Made by a program: the position numbers and the translations under genes
Assembly: GCA_012974445.1 (NCBI GenBank)
Contig: JAAXQG010000005.1
Coordinates: 4,247 to 68,246, forward strand
Source: Desulfuromonadales bacterium
Lineage (GTDB): Bacteria; Desulfobacterota; Desulfuromonadia; Desulfuromonadales; JAAXQG01
Length of the DNA stretch: 64,000 bases
Direction: 5' to 3'
The notes under the pieces: model-generated
The model's database searches: none
What the model was told of the DNA's origin: nothing
Seen by the model: only the letters and a program-made list of their open reading frames with translations
Part shown: positions 50,935-59,753 of the stretch, piece by piece
Layout of the letters: every line of letters begins with the position of its first letter
Numbering within the stretch: position 1 is the stretch's first letter

Positions 50935-51618
50935 ATGGAACCGGATCTTCTTACGAACCCCCTGGTGGCAGTCTTTGCGACCTTCGGCGGCGGCGTGCTG
51001 GCCAGCCTGTCCCCTTGCGTCTACCCGATGGTACCGATCCTCTCGTCCTATATTCTCAGCGGCCAGGGCGCTACGCCCTCGCGCCTTCGAGCCTTGCTGC
51101 TTTCTCTGAGCTACACCTCGGGCATGGCAATCGTTTATGCGGCCCTGGGGATGATAGCAGCCATGTCGGGGCAACTTTTCGGCGCCATAGCCACAAACGG
51201 ACTGACTCTTCTGATTGTCGGTCTGCTCTTCTGTTTCTTTTCCTTGAATATTTTCGGGCTCGTTCCACTGCCTGCATTACGATTCAAACAGGGGAGCCAG
51301 GCTCCGAGAAGCCTGTTCGGCGCCTGGATCATGGGCGCGGCCTCAGGACTTGTAGCCTCACCATGCACATCACCGGTGCTGTTCGGGCTTCTGGGATATG
51401 TGGCCTCGACGCAGAACCTCTATTACGGAGCGGCCCTGCTTTTCGCCTTCGCCATGGGGATGGGTGTTTTACTGATTCTGGCGGGAACCTTCTCGGTCAT
51501 GGTCGCCTCCCGCCCCCGCCCCGGGACCTGGATGGTGCGGGTTCATTTTTTCATGGGGGTGATCATGCTGGCCTTTGGGGGGTATTATATTTTAAGAGCT
51601 TTTGAAACTTTTGCCTGA
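50935..51618 (+). CDS. ccdA: cytochrome c biogenesis / thiol-disulfide transporter CcdA (DsbD-core) family
   Basis: It has LASLSPCVYPMVP and a second conserved Cys in ASPCTSPVL, with six hydrophobic helices. Length is 227 aa. Confidence 0.88.
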   Translation: MEPDLLTNPLVAVFATFGGGVLASLSPCVYPMVPILSSYILSGQGATPSRLRALLLSLSYTSGMAIVYAALGMIAAMSGQLFGAIATNGLTLLIVGLLFCFFSLNIFGLVPLPALRFKQGSQAPRSLFGAWIMGAASGLVASPCTSPVLFGLLGYVASTQNLYYGAALLFAFAMGMGVLLILAGTFSVMVASRPRPGTWMVRVHFFMGVIMLAFGGYYILRAFETFA

Positions 51619-51633
51619 AAGGGGGAACAAACC

Positions 51634-52140
51634 ATGAGAGCGAAGGCATATTCCATAATGGTGTTTATTGGCATTCTGATGCTGTTACCGGCTTCAGCCT
51701 GGTGCCTGGGGCTCGGAGAGCGTATCCCCGATTTCAGCATCGCCACTCTAGAGGGCGAACAGATCTCAAGCAGCGAGCTACGGGGAGAGCCCGCATTGAT
51801 GGTTTTCTGGAACACCTGGTGCTCCAACTGCCGTCGTGAACTCCCCAAAATCGACAAAATCTTACAAAACAACTCCCTCGGCCGGGCGAAGGTTCTGGCA
51901 GTCAACACCAACATCAATGACAGCCTTGCAAAAGCTCGCTCCTACTGGAGCGATACAGAATTGAAATTCACCTCGGGATACGACTCAGATTTCAGCGTTT
52001 CTTCCATTTTTCGAATCATCGGTGTCCCCACCATTCTTCTTTTTGACTCCAACGGAATCCTGCAATACAAGGGAACAAGGCTTCCCCAGGATATTTCCCG
52101 CCTGCTGTACCCTGAGCAGGCATCCCCCCCAGAAGGGTAA
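51634..52140 (+). CDS. periplasmic TlpA/ResA-like thioredoxin
   Basis: It has a signal/anchor sequence, the active site WCSNC and GVPTILLFD. It sits 15 nt downstream of ccdA. Confidence 0.85.
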   Translation: MRAKAYSIMVFIGILMLLPASAWCLGLGERIPDFSIATLEGEQISSSELRGEPALMVFWNTWCSNCRRELPKIDKILQNNSLGRAKVLAVNTNINDSLAKARSYWSDTELKFTSGYDSDFSVSSIFRIIGVPTILLFDSNGILQYKGTRLPQDISRLLYPEQASPPEG

Positions 52141-52149
52141 CCTCTCTGG

Positions 52150-52749
52150 TCAGAAGGAGGATCCCGGGGTTTTCAAGAAGGACTCTTCTTCAGGGGTGCT
52201 CCTGCGCCCCAACGCCCTGTTTCGGTGAGGGAAGCGTCCGAAGCGCTCGATAATCTCCCGATGCCTCCTGGCATAGTCCAGAAATCCCTCAAAACTCTCT
52301 CGCTGGGCCACCGGGGCCTCATCAAGAAGGCTGATGAAGAGTTCCACGCATCGGCGCTGATCATCTTGATTTTCTGAGTGTTCCAGCGGCAGATAGGCAA
52401 AAGCCTTCTCGATGGGCTTCATCGACCGGGTCCATCCATTTTCCAGCGCCCTTCTGCAAAGATTCAGCCCCAGATCGTCAAAGGCGTAGGCCTGAGCGCT
52501 GTTACGAAAAATATTTCGGCTGAACTGGTCATAGAGAAGAATCAGCGACAAACACTGGCCTGGACTCGATGGGCTTTGAGCCTGCAACCTAATGCTCTCA
52601 TCGCTGAGAAGGGGGAGGAACAGCGCCCGAATCTCCATATCGTTCTGAGGCGTTCCTGCGAACCAGAACTTCAATCGCTCGGCGGGAACAGGCTTCTCAT
52701 CGATGATTGAACCGAACCAGTATTGCGGTATGGTCTCCAAGCTGACCAT
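52150..52749 (-). CDS. DUF924 family protein
   Basis: The 199-aa protein has WFG...D..I, FSRNIFR and AFAYLPLEHSE segments, as I recall for DUF924. Confidence 0.75.
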   Translation of the reverse strand: MVSLETIPQYWFGSIIDEKPVPAERLKFWFAGTPQNDMEIRALFLPLLSDESIRLQAQSPSSPGQCLSLILLYDQFSRNIFRNSAQAYAFDDLGLNLCRRALENGWTRSMKPIEKAFAYLPLEHSENQDDQRRCVELFISLLDEAPVAQRESFEGFLDYARRHREIIERFGRFPHRNRALGRRSTPEEESFLKTPGSSF

Positions 52750-52887
52750 CGGTACCCCCTTTATCTGAACATCTGGTTTAAAGATATCCCCAGTTCCCCC
52801 TGTGGCAAGCTGGATCCACTTGTCTCTGCCCCGAGGAAAGTGTTATATGGGCAGGAATTACCCTGCCCATATAAAAGGACTGCCCCT

Positions 52888-53667
52888 ATGCCCTCGATTC
52901 ACCCCAGCGCTTTTATTGATCCATCGGCTCAAATCCACGAAACAAGTACCATCGGTCCTCAGGCCTTCGTGGATGCTGATGTCACAATTGGCCCCAATTG
53001 CGAGATCATGCATGGCGCCCATATTGCTCGCTGGACCAGCCTCGGGGAAGGAAATCGAGTTTTCCCTGGAGCCACGCTGGGACACGAACCCCAGGATCTC
53101 GGATACAAGGGAGAGGCCTCCTTCACCCGCATCGGCAACTTCAATACCTTTCGGGAGGGGGTGACGGTGCATCGGGGGGACCGGGAGGGAACCGAGACAA
53201 TTATCGGTGACCACAATCTGTTCATGGTCAATACCCATGTGGCTCACAACTGCCGGGTCGCAAATCATGTCATCATGGTCAACGGAAGCGGTCTGGCCGG
53301 ATTTGTCCAGGTAGACGATCGTGTTATCATTTCGGGCAATTGCCTGATTCATCAATTTGTCAGGGTTGGAACCCTGGCCCTGATGCGGGGCGGATCCAGG
53401 CTCACCAAGGATCTTCCCCCCTACTGCGTCAGCGATGGCATCAACTGGGCGCGCACAATCAACCTTGTGGGACTCAAAAGAAACGGTCTCGGCCTCAATG
53501 AAATTCGGGCCATCAAAGAGACGTTTAAAACTGTGTTCCGAGGCGATGGTACCCTGGAAAATCGACTGGCCACTGTCCGGGAACTCCATGGCGAGATTCC
53601 AGCCATTGAGAAATTTTTAAATTTCATCAGTGACTCAAAGCGCGGCATAGTTTCAGGGCAAGAATAA
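52888..53667 (+). CDS. lpxA: acyl-ACP--UDP-N-acetylglucosamine O-acyltransferase
   Basis: It has left-handed beta-helix hexapeptide repeats, IHPSAFIDPSAQI, HVAHNC and a C-terminal NLVGLKRNGL..EIRAIKETFKTVF. The start is moved to ATG 52888, giving 259 aa. Confidence 0.85.
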   Translation: MPSIHPSAFIDPSAQIHETSTIGPQAFVDADVTIGPNCEIMHGAHIARWTSLGEGNRVFPGATLGHEPQDLGYKGEASFTRIGNFNTFREGVTVHRGDREGTETIIGDHNLFMVNTHVAHNCRVANHVIMVNGSGLAGFVQVDDRVIISGNCLIHQFVRVGTLALMRGGSRLTKDLPPYCVSDGINWARTINLVGLKRNGLGLNEIRAIKETFKTVFRGDGTLENRLATVRELHGEIPAIEKFLNFISDSKRGIVSGQE

Positions 53668-53678
53668 GGAGCTGTGAA

Positions 53679-54071
53679 ATGAATTTTTTAGTCAAGATAG
53701 GAACTCTCTGCTGTCTTTTGGTGATTTTTTCAGGCTGCGCGGCTCATCGGGACAAAAACCGCTGGAGCCTTGAGGTGGCCACCACCGAACTAGAAAGGGG
53801 GGTAAGCTCGAAGAAACAGATTTATACGACCCTTGGACCACCGGCGTCCATACTCTATCCTGCGGAGATGAGTCGACCTTTCTCGCAGAACGATTTCATT
53901 ATCACCCCTCCGGAGACGACTGCGGAATTCTGGACGTACCTGCGTACGGAGAAACAAAACAGCTTTTATCTCAATCCCGAGCCCATCGAGTACAGGAGTT
54001 GGGTTATGACCCTCTATTTTGACCAGAGCGGCATTCTGATCGATTATGTCTTGCGCGAAACCCTGCGCTGA
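53679..54071 (+). CDS. hypothetical lipoprotein
   Basis: The signal peptide has the lipobox IFSGC. I recognise no family. It sits 11 nt downstream of lpxA. Confidence 0.45.
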   Translation: MNFLVKIGTLCCLLVIFSGCAAHRDKNRWSLEVATTELERGVSSKKQIYTTLGPPASILYPAEMSRPFSQNDFIITPPETTAEFWTYLRTEKQNSFYLNPEPIEYRSWVMTLYFDQSGILIDYVLRETLR

Positions 54072-54258
54072 GCCTCAGGCCGCACAGCTGTGGCATTGGC
54101 GCATTGCCGATTTTTCAATCATCTCGGGAACCTGTGCTACAATCTTCTAATTCGATTCAGCGCTAAAAAGCTTAATTTGTTGAAAATAGGTGATTGGCCC
54201 AGCGCCTCAGTTATGCTATAGAAGTCACTTCATTCAAGAATACTTGGAGGGTGTTTAA

Positions 54259-54543
54259 ATGACCAAAGCGGATCTCGTCGAGCGGATCTATTCAAAGCTC
54301 GGATTATCAAAAAGTGAATCGTCTCAAATTGTCGAATCGGTATTCGAAATCATGAAATCGACTCTTGAAAACGGTGAAAAGATTAAAATTGCTGGTTTCG
54401 GTAATTTCGAAGTCAAAGAGAAAACGACCCGCCGTGGCCGCAACCCTCAGACCGGAGATGAAATCGAAATCTCTGCACGCAGGGTTCTCTCATTCAAACC
54501 CAGCCAGATTCTCAAGGCCGAAATCAACGGCGAAGAACAATAG
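54259..54543 (+). CDS. ihfA: integration host factor alpha subunit (HU/IHF family)
   Basis: It has GFGNFEVKEKTTRRGRNPQTGDEIEISARRVLSFKPSQ. The ARRV..F.P pattern favours the alpha subunit. Confidence 0.8.
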   Translation: MTKADLVERIYSKLGLSKSESSQIVESVFEIMKSTLENGEKIKIAGFGNFEVKEKTTRRGRNPQTGDEIEISARRVLSFKPSQILKAEINGEEQ

Positions 54544-54558
54544 CTTTTCGTCTGAACA

Positions 54559-54602
54559 CCATGAAAAAAGCCGTCCTGAATTCAGGGCGGCTTTTTTCAT
54601 GG
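54559..54602. terminator. bidirectional intrinsic terminator between convergent ihfA and the PrkA-like gene
   Basis: The sequence is CCATGAAAAAAGCCGTCCTGAATTCAGGGCGGCTTTTTTCATGG. Its arms of about 20 bp have one mismatch, and A/T runs lie on both sides. Confidence 0.8.
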
Positions 54603-54617
54603 TGAATGGAAGCAGTT

Positions 54618-56912
54618 CTATCGGTGGGAGAATTTCTGCGCCAGTTCCTGATCGGTTACATACATGCAGACCTCCCGGGCGCCACGCTTCGTGTAGTTGA
54701 AGTTCTGACAGAGGTTTTTGATCAGAAAAGTAACATCTTCCCGGATACGATCGTCGTAGGTCTTGAACTCAACATTGTTGAAATCCCTGATGGCATTGCG
54801 AAAATTCTGATTCTCCATAAAGGGATCCAAAACTTTCTCCTTCAAATTAAAAACGTAGCGATCATGAAGGTCCTTAAAAAGATACGTTTCTTCCACAGCC
54901 CGGTTTTCAAGCAATATCTCCTGTGTCAGTGTTCTGCCCGCATATCTTTTCTGAACATCACGGCGAAACTGAATCAGGATTTCCGGACTCTCCTGAGATC
55001 CCAGTAATCGCCTCTCGATAGCACCTAGAAAGTCTTCCGTGATCTCAAGACGGTCCGAGGTAAAGCGGCAGGTCTGGGTTGAGCCGATCTCAAAGTTCAC
55101 GGCAAATAGGTAATTCTTGATGTCACGAGCGATCTGGGCTTCGTTGTAGTAGTAGAGGGACTCTTTGACCTCTTGAAGCACGCTGAAATTGTACATGCGT
55201 ACCAGCGAATCCAAAAAGCCCTCAGGGATCATGACGGCGCTGTCCACGGGTAATTTCTGGAAATACTTGTAGAGATTCGTCATATTGATCAAACGGTCTT
55301 TGCGAGCACTCTGAGAAAAGAACTCGCCAAAGAGTTTAATCGCATCGCGCCCCGAAAGACCTTGCCACCCCTCCTTCTCCGATTCATCGATAATCCGTCT
55401 GCGCCTCGTGGCGGTGAGCCGCTTGCGATCCTCCTCAGTGAGCCATTCAGGAATATATCCCCGATAAATTTCCATTTTCAGTAGATGAAGGTTCTCATCG
55501 CAGTACATCGAGTACTTCTTGGGATCCCCAATCCACTCCAACAGTGCATCGCTTGTCTTGTCCAATCGGGTCGAAATGATGGTTCGTGCAAAATTATTAA
55601 GCACCCTCGGAAGGAAGCTCTGCCCCAGATGGCGGGAGAAAATATTCCGATAGATCTCAACTTCCGTCGTAAGATCCATAACATAGGGGATATGGATGTA
55701 CTCGATACGATCGGTGAAGGACTGGAAGTTTTCGATGTGTTTCTTGTCTTCAGGATTCATCAGGGCGAGAAAGAGTGAGTTAACGTTCTCCTCCAGATCC
55801 ACCACCTTATGGACCCCTTCGCTGATGATGTTATGAAGCTCGATGAGTCGGGAGGTGTTATGGGACTTGATATCCATCAGGGCGTAAATGCCGTTATTGG
55901 TCTTGGCGAATTTAGAATAAAGATACTGGACCTCGTTGCTGTCACGCAGCAGCGCATTGATTCGACTTTGCAGTATATCGTTGGTGAGCACATAGTTTTT
56001 GGTGGAATGATCACCGGGATTGAAAACGCTGATTCCCTCGCCGAGCCTGCGGTTGTAACGGTATGGCCGGGCATAGAGCATATTCAGCACCTTGGTGGGA
56101 CTGTGCAATCTCGACAGCAGCGCCTGATAGAGCGATGAGCAAATGGTGCAGGGATTGTTTTTAAAGATCCATTCGTACTCTTTTTCGGTAAAAAGTTTCC
56201 ACTTCTCTTCATCATTGAGAAACAGATCGTCCAGAAATTTACGTCGGACCTCTTTAGGAATGTTCAGCAGCGGATGGTCATGACTCGGGCAGGGGATTTC
56301 GAGATATTCCCCGGTGGAGGAGAGTTCGCGCTGCGCTTCAATCAGTTCGTGTTTTCCCGTTGAAGGCGTCTCAAGCAGTTGCAGAAGTTTTTCTACGGCT
56401 ACGATGGTGTCCTTCTCGGCATGACGGTCGAGCAGACTGCGATCGAGACGCCAGAGAGTTTCATAGCTCATCCCCTCCGGAGTATTGACGTAGTTCTCGA
56501 ACTTGTGCAGCAGGTTGTTCAGGAAAGTACTCTTGCCGCTGCCATGAGGGCCTTCGAAAATATAGATCTTGTTCTGCTGGGCGCCTCGCTTGAATGCTTC
56601 GATCTGGTGAATGAAACGATTGGCGAAGAGGCGGTCAGGAAAAAAAGGATGATCCGAATCCTCGGCAAAAAGACGGCTGCAGTCGTAATACACGAAGTTA
56701 ATCGATTCGGGATCCCCCTCATACTCATCAACCCCGTCATCGATCTGACTCATGACCATGTCATGAAAGAGCTGAAAGACATTGCGACTCACGCGCGAGG
56801 GACGGCGCACCATGATTTTGAGAAAATCGGAAAAAACAACCGCTTCTCCCCGATTTCGCGAGCCTGTGACCTGTTCTATGCCAGTGAGCGCTTTTTCAAT
56901 CGTGTTTTCCAT
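54618..56912 (-). CDS. divergent PrkA-family AAA+ protein (second paralogue)
   Basis: It has Walker A GPHGSGKST. CPSHDHPLLNIP parallels PrkA CPMHEDPLHLIP, and a DRIEYIHIPYVMDL segment is present. The start is moved to ATG 56912, giving 764 aa. Confidence 0.75.
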   Translation of the reverse strand: MENTIEKALTGIEQVTGSRNRGEAVVFSDFLKIMVRRPSRVSRNVFQLFHDMVMSQIDDGVDEYEGDPESINFVYYDCSRLFAEDSDHPFFPDRLFANRFIHQIEAFKRGAQQNKIYIFEGPHGSGKSTFLNNLLHKFENYVNTPEGMSYETLWRLDRSLLDRHAEKDTIVAVEKLLQLLETPSTGKHELIEAQRELSSTGEYLEIPCPSHDHPLLNIPKEVRRKFLDDLFLNDEEKWKLFTEKEYEWIFKNNPCTICSSLYQALLSRLHSPTKVLNMLYARPYRYNRRLGEGISVFNPGDHSTKNYVLTNDILQSRINALLRDSNEVQYLYSKFAKTNNGIYALMDIKSHNTSRLIELHNIISEGVHKVVDLEENVNSLFLALMNPEDKKHIENFQSFTDRIEYIHIPYVMDLTTEVEIYRNIFSRHLGQSFLPRVLNNFARTIISTRLDKTSDALLEWIGDPKKYSMYCDENLHLLKMEIYRGYIPEWLTEEDRKRLTATRRRRIIDESEKEGWQGLSGRDAIKLFGEFFSQSARKDRLINMTNLYKYFQKLPVDSAVMIPEGFLDSLVRMYNFSVLQEVKESLYYYNEAQIARDIKNYLFAVNFEIGSTQTCRFTSDRLEITEDFLGAIERRLLGSQESPEILIQFRRDVQKRYAGRTLTQEILLENRAVEETYLFKDLHDRYVFNLKEKVLDPFMENQNFRNAIRDFNNVEFKTYDDRIREDVTFLIKNLCQNFNYTKRGAREVCMYVTDQELAQKFSHR

Positions 56913-56923
56913 GATCCGCCCTG

Positions 56924-58546
56924 TCAGAGATAGATGTGAGTCAGTTTCCGCCCCTCCATACTGTAAACAACCCTTCGCCACTGAATGTCATAGCTCTCTG
57001 CCCCCTCCCCGGCTCCGGCCCCTTTTTTATTGACGACGGCTTCATTCGTCTCTAGCGACACCTTGGCTCCCCAGAGAAACTCCAGCCCTAACAGGGAGTT
57101 GGCGATAAATTCCTTCACCAACGGTTTTCCCTCGAAACGGTGACGAAGGTAGAGTTCGCCATCGGTTGCGTTATCGCTGATTACCTCGATATAGGGAGGG
57201 TGGTAAAGAGAGTCGAAGACCATCTCCCTGTACGCCTCGGCGCTACGGCTTTTGACATAGTACTGCCAGGTCATACGCTGGGGATTTAGCCGCTTTGCTG
57301 CCACAAAGAGTTCATGGGCATCTACAAAGTCCTGATTGAGGTAGAACTGGATAAAGAGAGAATCACTCAGATTCTCACGGATGGAGAAAATCTTGCTCTG
57401 CCCCTGCCCTGTCTTGAGATCATAGGTTTTGCGAGCACGGGCGTCATTCATACGGCGATACTCCTCCGAGTAGATCCCCCGGTCGCTGCTACGTTCGATA
57501 TGCTCAAAGAGTCGCATGCCTATAGCGTAAGGATTCAGGCCGACTCGGGGTAAAGAGGTGACCTTGGCATGGACCCGGGCGAAATCCACCTCGTGCCCCT
57601 TGATCCTGTCATCCTCCAGAAACAACTTTTCATGCCAGTAGCTGGCCCAGCCTTCGTTCATGATTTTTGTACGGATCTGAGGCTGGAAAAACAGGGAGGT
57701 CTTTCGAACCACCTCGATCACCGGTTTCATCCAGCGATTCTCATCCCGTTTCAGAAAAGGCGAATGGCGCAACAGATATTCCATCAAATCGACGGTCTGC
57801 CCCCTGTCCTGCTTGATGAAATTCTTGTAGCTGCCCTCAAATTCCGGAGCACCCTTTGTGACTTCGACAAAGAAAAGAGCCTCCCCTTGCTTGCCGTAGT
57901 CCCTGCAGAACTGGTTGTAACGACCTATTTCCTTTACGTATTCATTGGTGCTGATGGACTTTTCCTGCTGCAGGAAAACATCAAAGTAATAATCCAGGCG
58001 GGAGATTTTCAATGCTTTTTGAGGCGCAAATTTATCCGACAGATTGCGGTGAAAGGCGACAAGGTTGTCGATACCCCGGGCGAATTCAATCACATAATCG
58101 ACCCATCGTCCCTTCTCGGAGCGCAGTGAAGTAATCATCCGCTTGTCCGAGAGGGCCTGGCCGGTAAAGTCATAATCCCAGGTGTGCCTGAAATAGAGAT
58201 TGTTCTGAAAGAAGTCGATGTGCGCCAGCACGTGATAGAAGATCATCACATTGAGCCAGTCGGGATTGTTGTCGTTATAGAAGGAGATCGCCGGACGGGT
58301 GTTGATGACCGTTTCATAAGGGTTGTTGGGATAGAGTTCGTAGCGGCCCTTTTCCTTGAGCACCTCAACATCCTGAACCCAGTAATCGTAGAGGGTCGGT
58401 ATCATCACTTTAGGGCTCAGCTCCAGGAGATCCCGGTTCGTAACGATGTACTCCAGAGTTTCGCTCTCGAAGCTCAGGCCATGCTTGATCGCCCGCTCCT
58501 TGCACCCCTCCATGATCCGCTTGGTGTGCTGGTTGATGAGTTCCAT
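56924..58546 (-). CDS. spoVR: SpoVR family protein
   Basis: The 540-aa protein has VMIPTLYDYW, FYHVLAHIDFFQNN and NEGWASYWH. Confidence 0.9.
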   Translation of the reverse strand: MELINQHTKRIMEGCKERAIKHGLSFESETLEYIVTNRDLLELSPKVMIPTLYDYWVQDVEVLKEKGRYELYPNNPYETVINTRPAISFYNDNNPDWLNVMIFYHVLAHIDFFQNNLYFRHTWDYDFTGQALSDKRMITSLRSEKGRWVDYVIEFARGIDNLVAFHRNLSDKFAPQKALKISRLDYYFDVFLQQEKSISTNEYVKEIGRYNQFCRDYGKQGEALFFVEVTKGAPEFEGSYKNFIKQDRGQTVDLMEYLLRHSPFLKRDENRWMKPVIEVVRKTSLFFQPQIRTKIMNEGWASYWHEKLFLEDDRIKGHEVDFARVHAKVTSLPRVGLNPYAIGMRLFEHIERSSDRGIYSEEYRRMNDARARKTYDLKTGQGQSKIFSIRENLSDSLFIQFYLNQDFVDAHELFVAAKRLNPQRMTWQYYVKSRSAEAYREMVFDSLYHPPYIEVISDNATDGELYLRHRFEGKPLVKEFIANSLLGLEFLWGAKVSLETNEAVVNKKGAGAGEGAESYDIQWRRVVYSMEGRKLTHIYL

Positions 58547-58573
58547 GCAGGCACCCTTTCCAGGCAGAGAGCA

Positions 58574-59735
58574 TCAGGAGATCAAGTGCTTGATTCCTTC
58601 GATCTGCCGGCTTTCTTCCGAGGTTTCAGGCATCCGGTCCATGCGTAACTGATTGGGCATGGATTCGAGAAGTCCCGAGTTTTTCAGATACTTTTCCACT
58701 TCAGTCTGCCCCGAAGCCGCGTGACTGTGTTCGGCGATGGTGATGCCGACACGGCTGGCGAAACCGAGCATCTTTTTGAGCTCAACGATGGTTTCCTCTC
58801 CGTGGGTATCCCAGTCATCCCCGTCGGTGCCGTGAAAGATATAGATGTTGTAATCCTGAGCCAGATTCTCCTTCTCGACGATCTCGCACACCAGACGGTA
58901 GGCAGCCGCCACCCGGGTTCCCCCGGCAACCTTGGAGCTGTAATAAGTGTAGAAGTCCTTGACCTCGCTGGCCTCAGTATCGTGAAGAATAAAGCGTGTC
59001 TCCACCTGCCGTGCGTACTGATAGGTCAGCCAGCTATAGATCAGAACATGCTGTGTCACGACCAGTTCCGTCGCCTTGCCGGCCATAGAACCCGAATAAT
59101 CCCGAACAAAAAACACCAGGGCCTGAGATTCAAAATCCTTCTCCTTGGAGAGAATGCGGTAAATTCTGTCCTGCGGAGAGATGAGCAGCCCCGTGGTAGT
59201 CGTAGACATAGCGGGTCAGAGATTTTTTCTTCCCTTTGTCCTTGAGGTTGGGAAGTTCAAATTTCTCTGTCAGGATTCTTCCAAGATCGTAGGCGCTGGA
59301 CTCGATTTCGTGCGCGCCCCCCTGTCCCTCACCGGCCTGCCCTTCACCTTCCTGCCCCTCGGGTCGTACGGGCTGCTCACCAATGACTTCCCCCTCCTCC
59401 CCCTTACCGGATCCGCCGCTGCCTTCCTCCTCTTCACTCAGGTGAAGTCGATCATGAAGCAGCTTCTCCTCAACAGTGGTGGGCACGATAACGACCTTGT
59501 CTTTGCCCCCCCCTCCGGGTTTAATCATGCGACCAATACGAATTTTCGGGGGAAAACCGTCCAGAACCCGCAGTCGATCCCGTTCCAGGAGTTCCTCAAG
59601 AGATCGGATGCTGCTCGTATAGCTTCGGGGGCCAAGGGCAGGTTCCGGCACAAGAGACCCGAAAGAAGAACCCTCCGGGACGCCACCCTTTGCAGGCTCT
59701 GGGGTGCTGCCTAAGAAGCCGCGTTGTTTCGCCAT
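58574..59735 (-). pseudogene. yeaH: DUF444 (YeaH/YhbH) family gene split by a +1 frame break
   Basis: Track ORFs 59130..59735 and 58574..59209 encode the N-terminal half (Gly/Glu-rich, ELPNLKDKGKK) and the C-terminal half (VFFVRDYSGSM vWA-like, HGTDGDDWD) of one DUF444 protein. The break is at a G4 run (plus C4, 59189-59192). Confidence 0.8.
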
Positions 59736-59753
59736 ATGCTTCCTTCCCCCTTC

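Noticed and set aside
50698-51174. A 158-aa minus-strand ORF and a 196-aa plus-strand ORF (51015-51605), both overlapping ccdA.
   Set aside because: Both lie in alternative frames of a clear CcdA membrane protein. Their Arg/Gly-rich sequences show no motifs.
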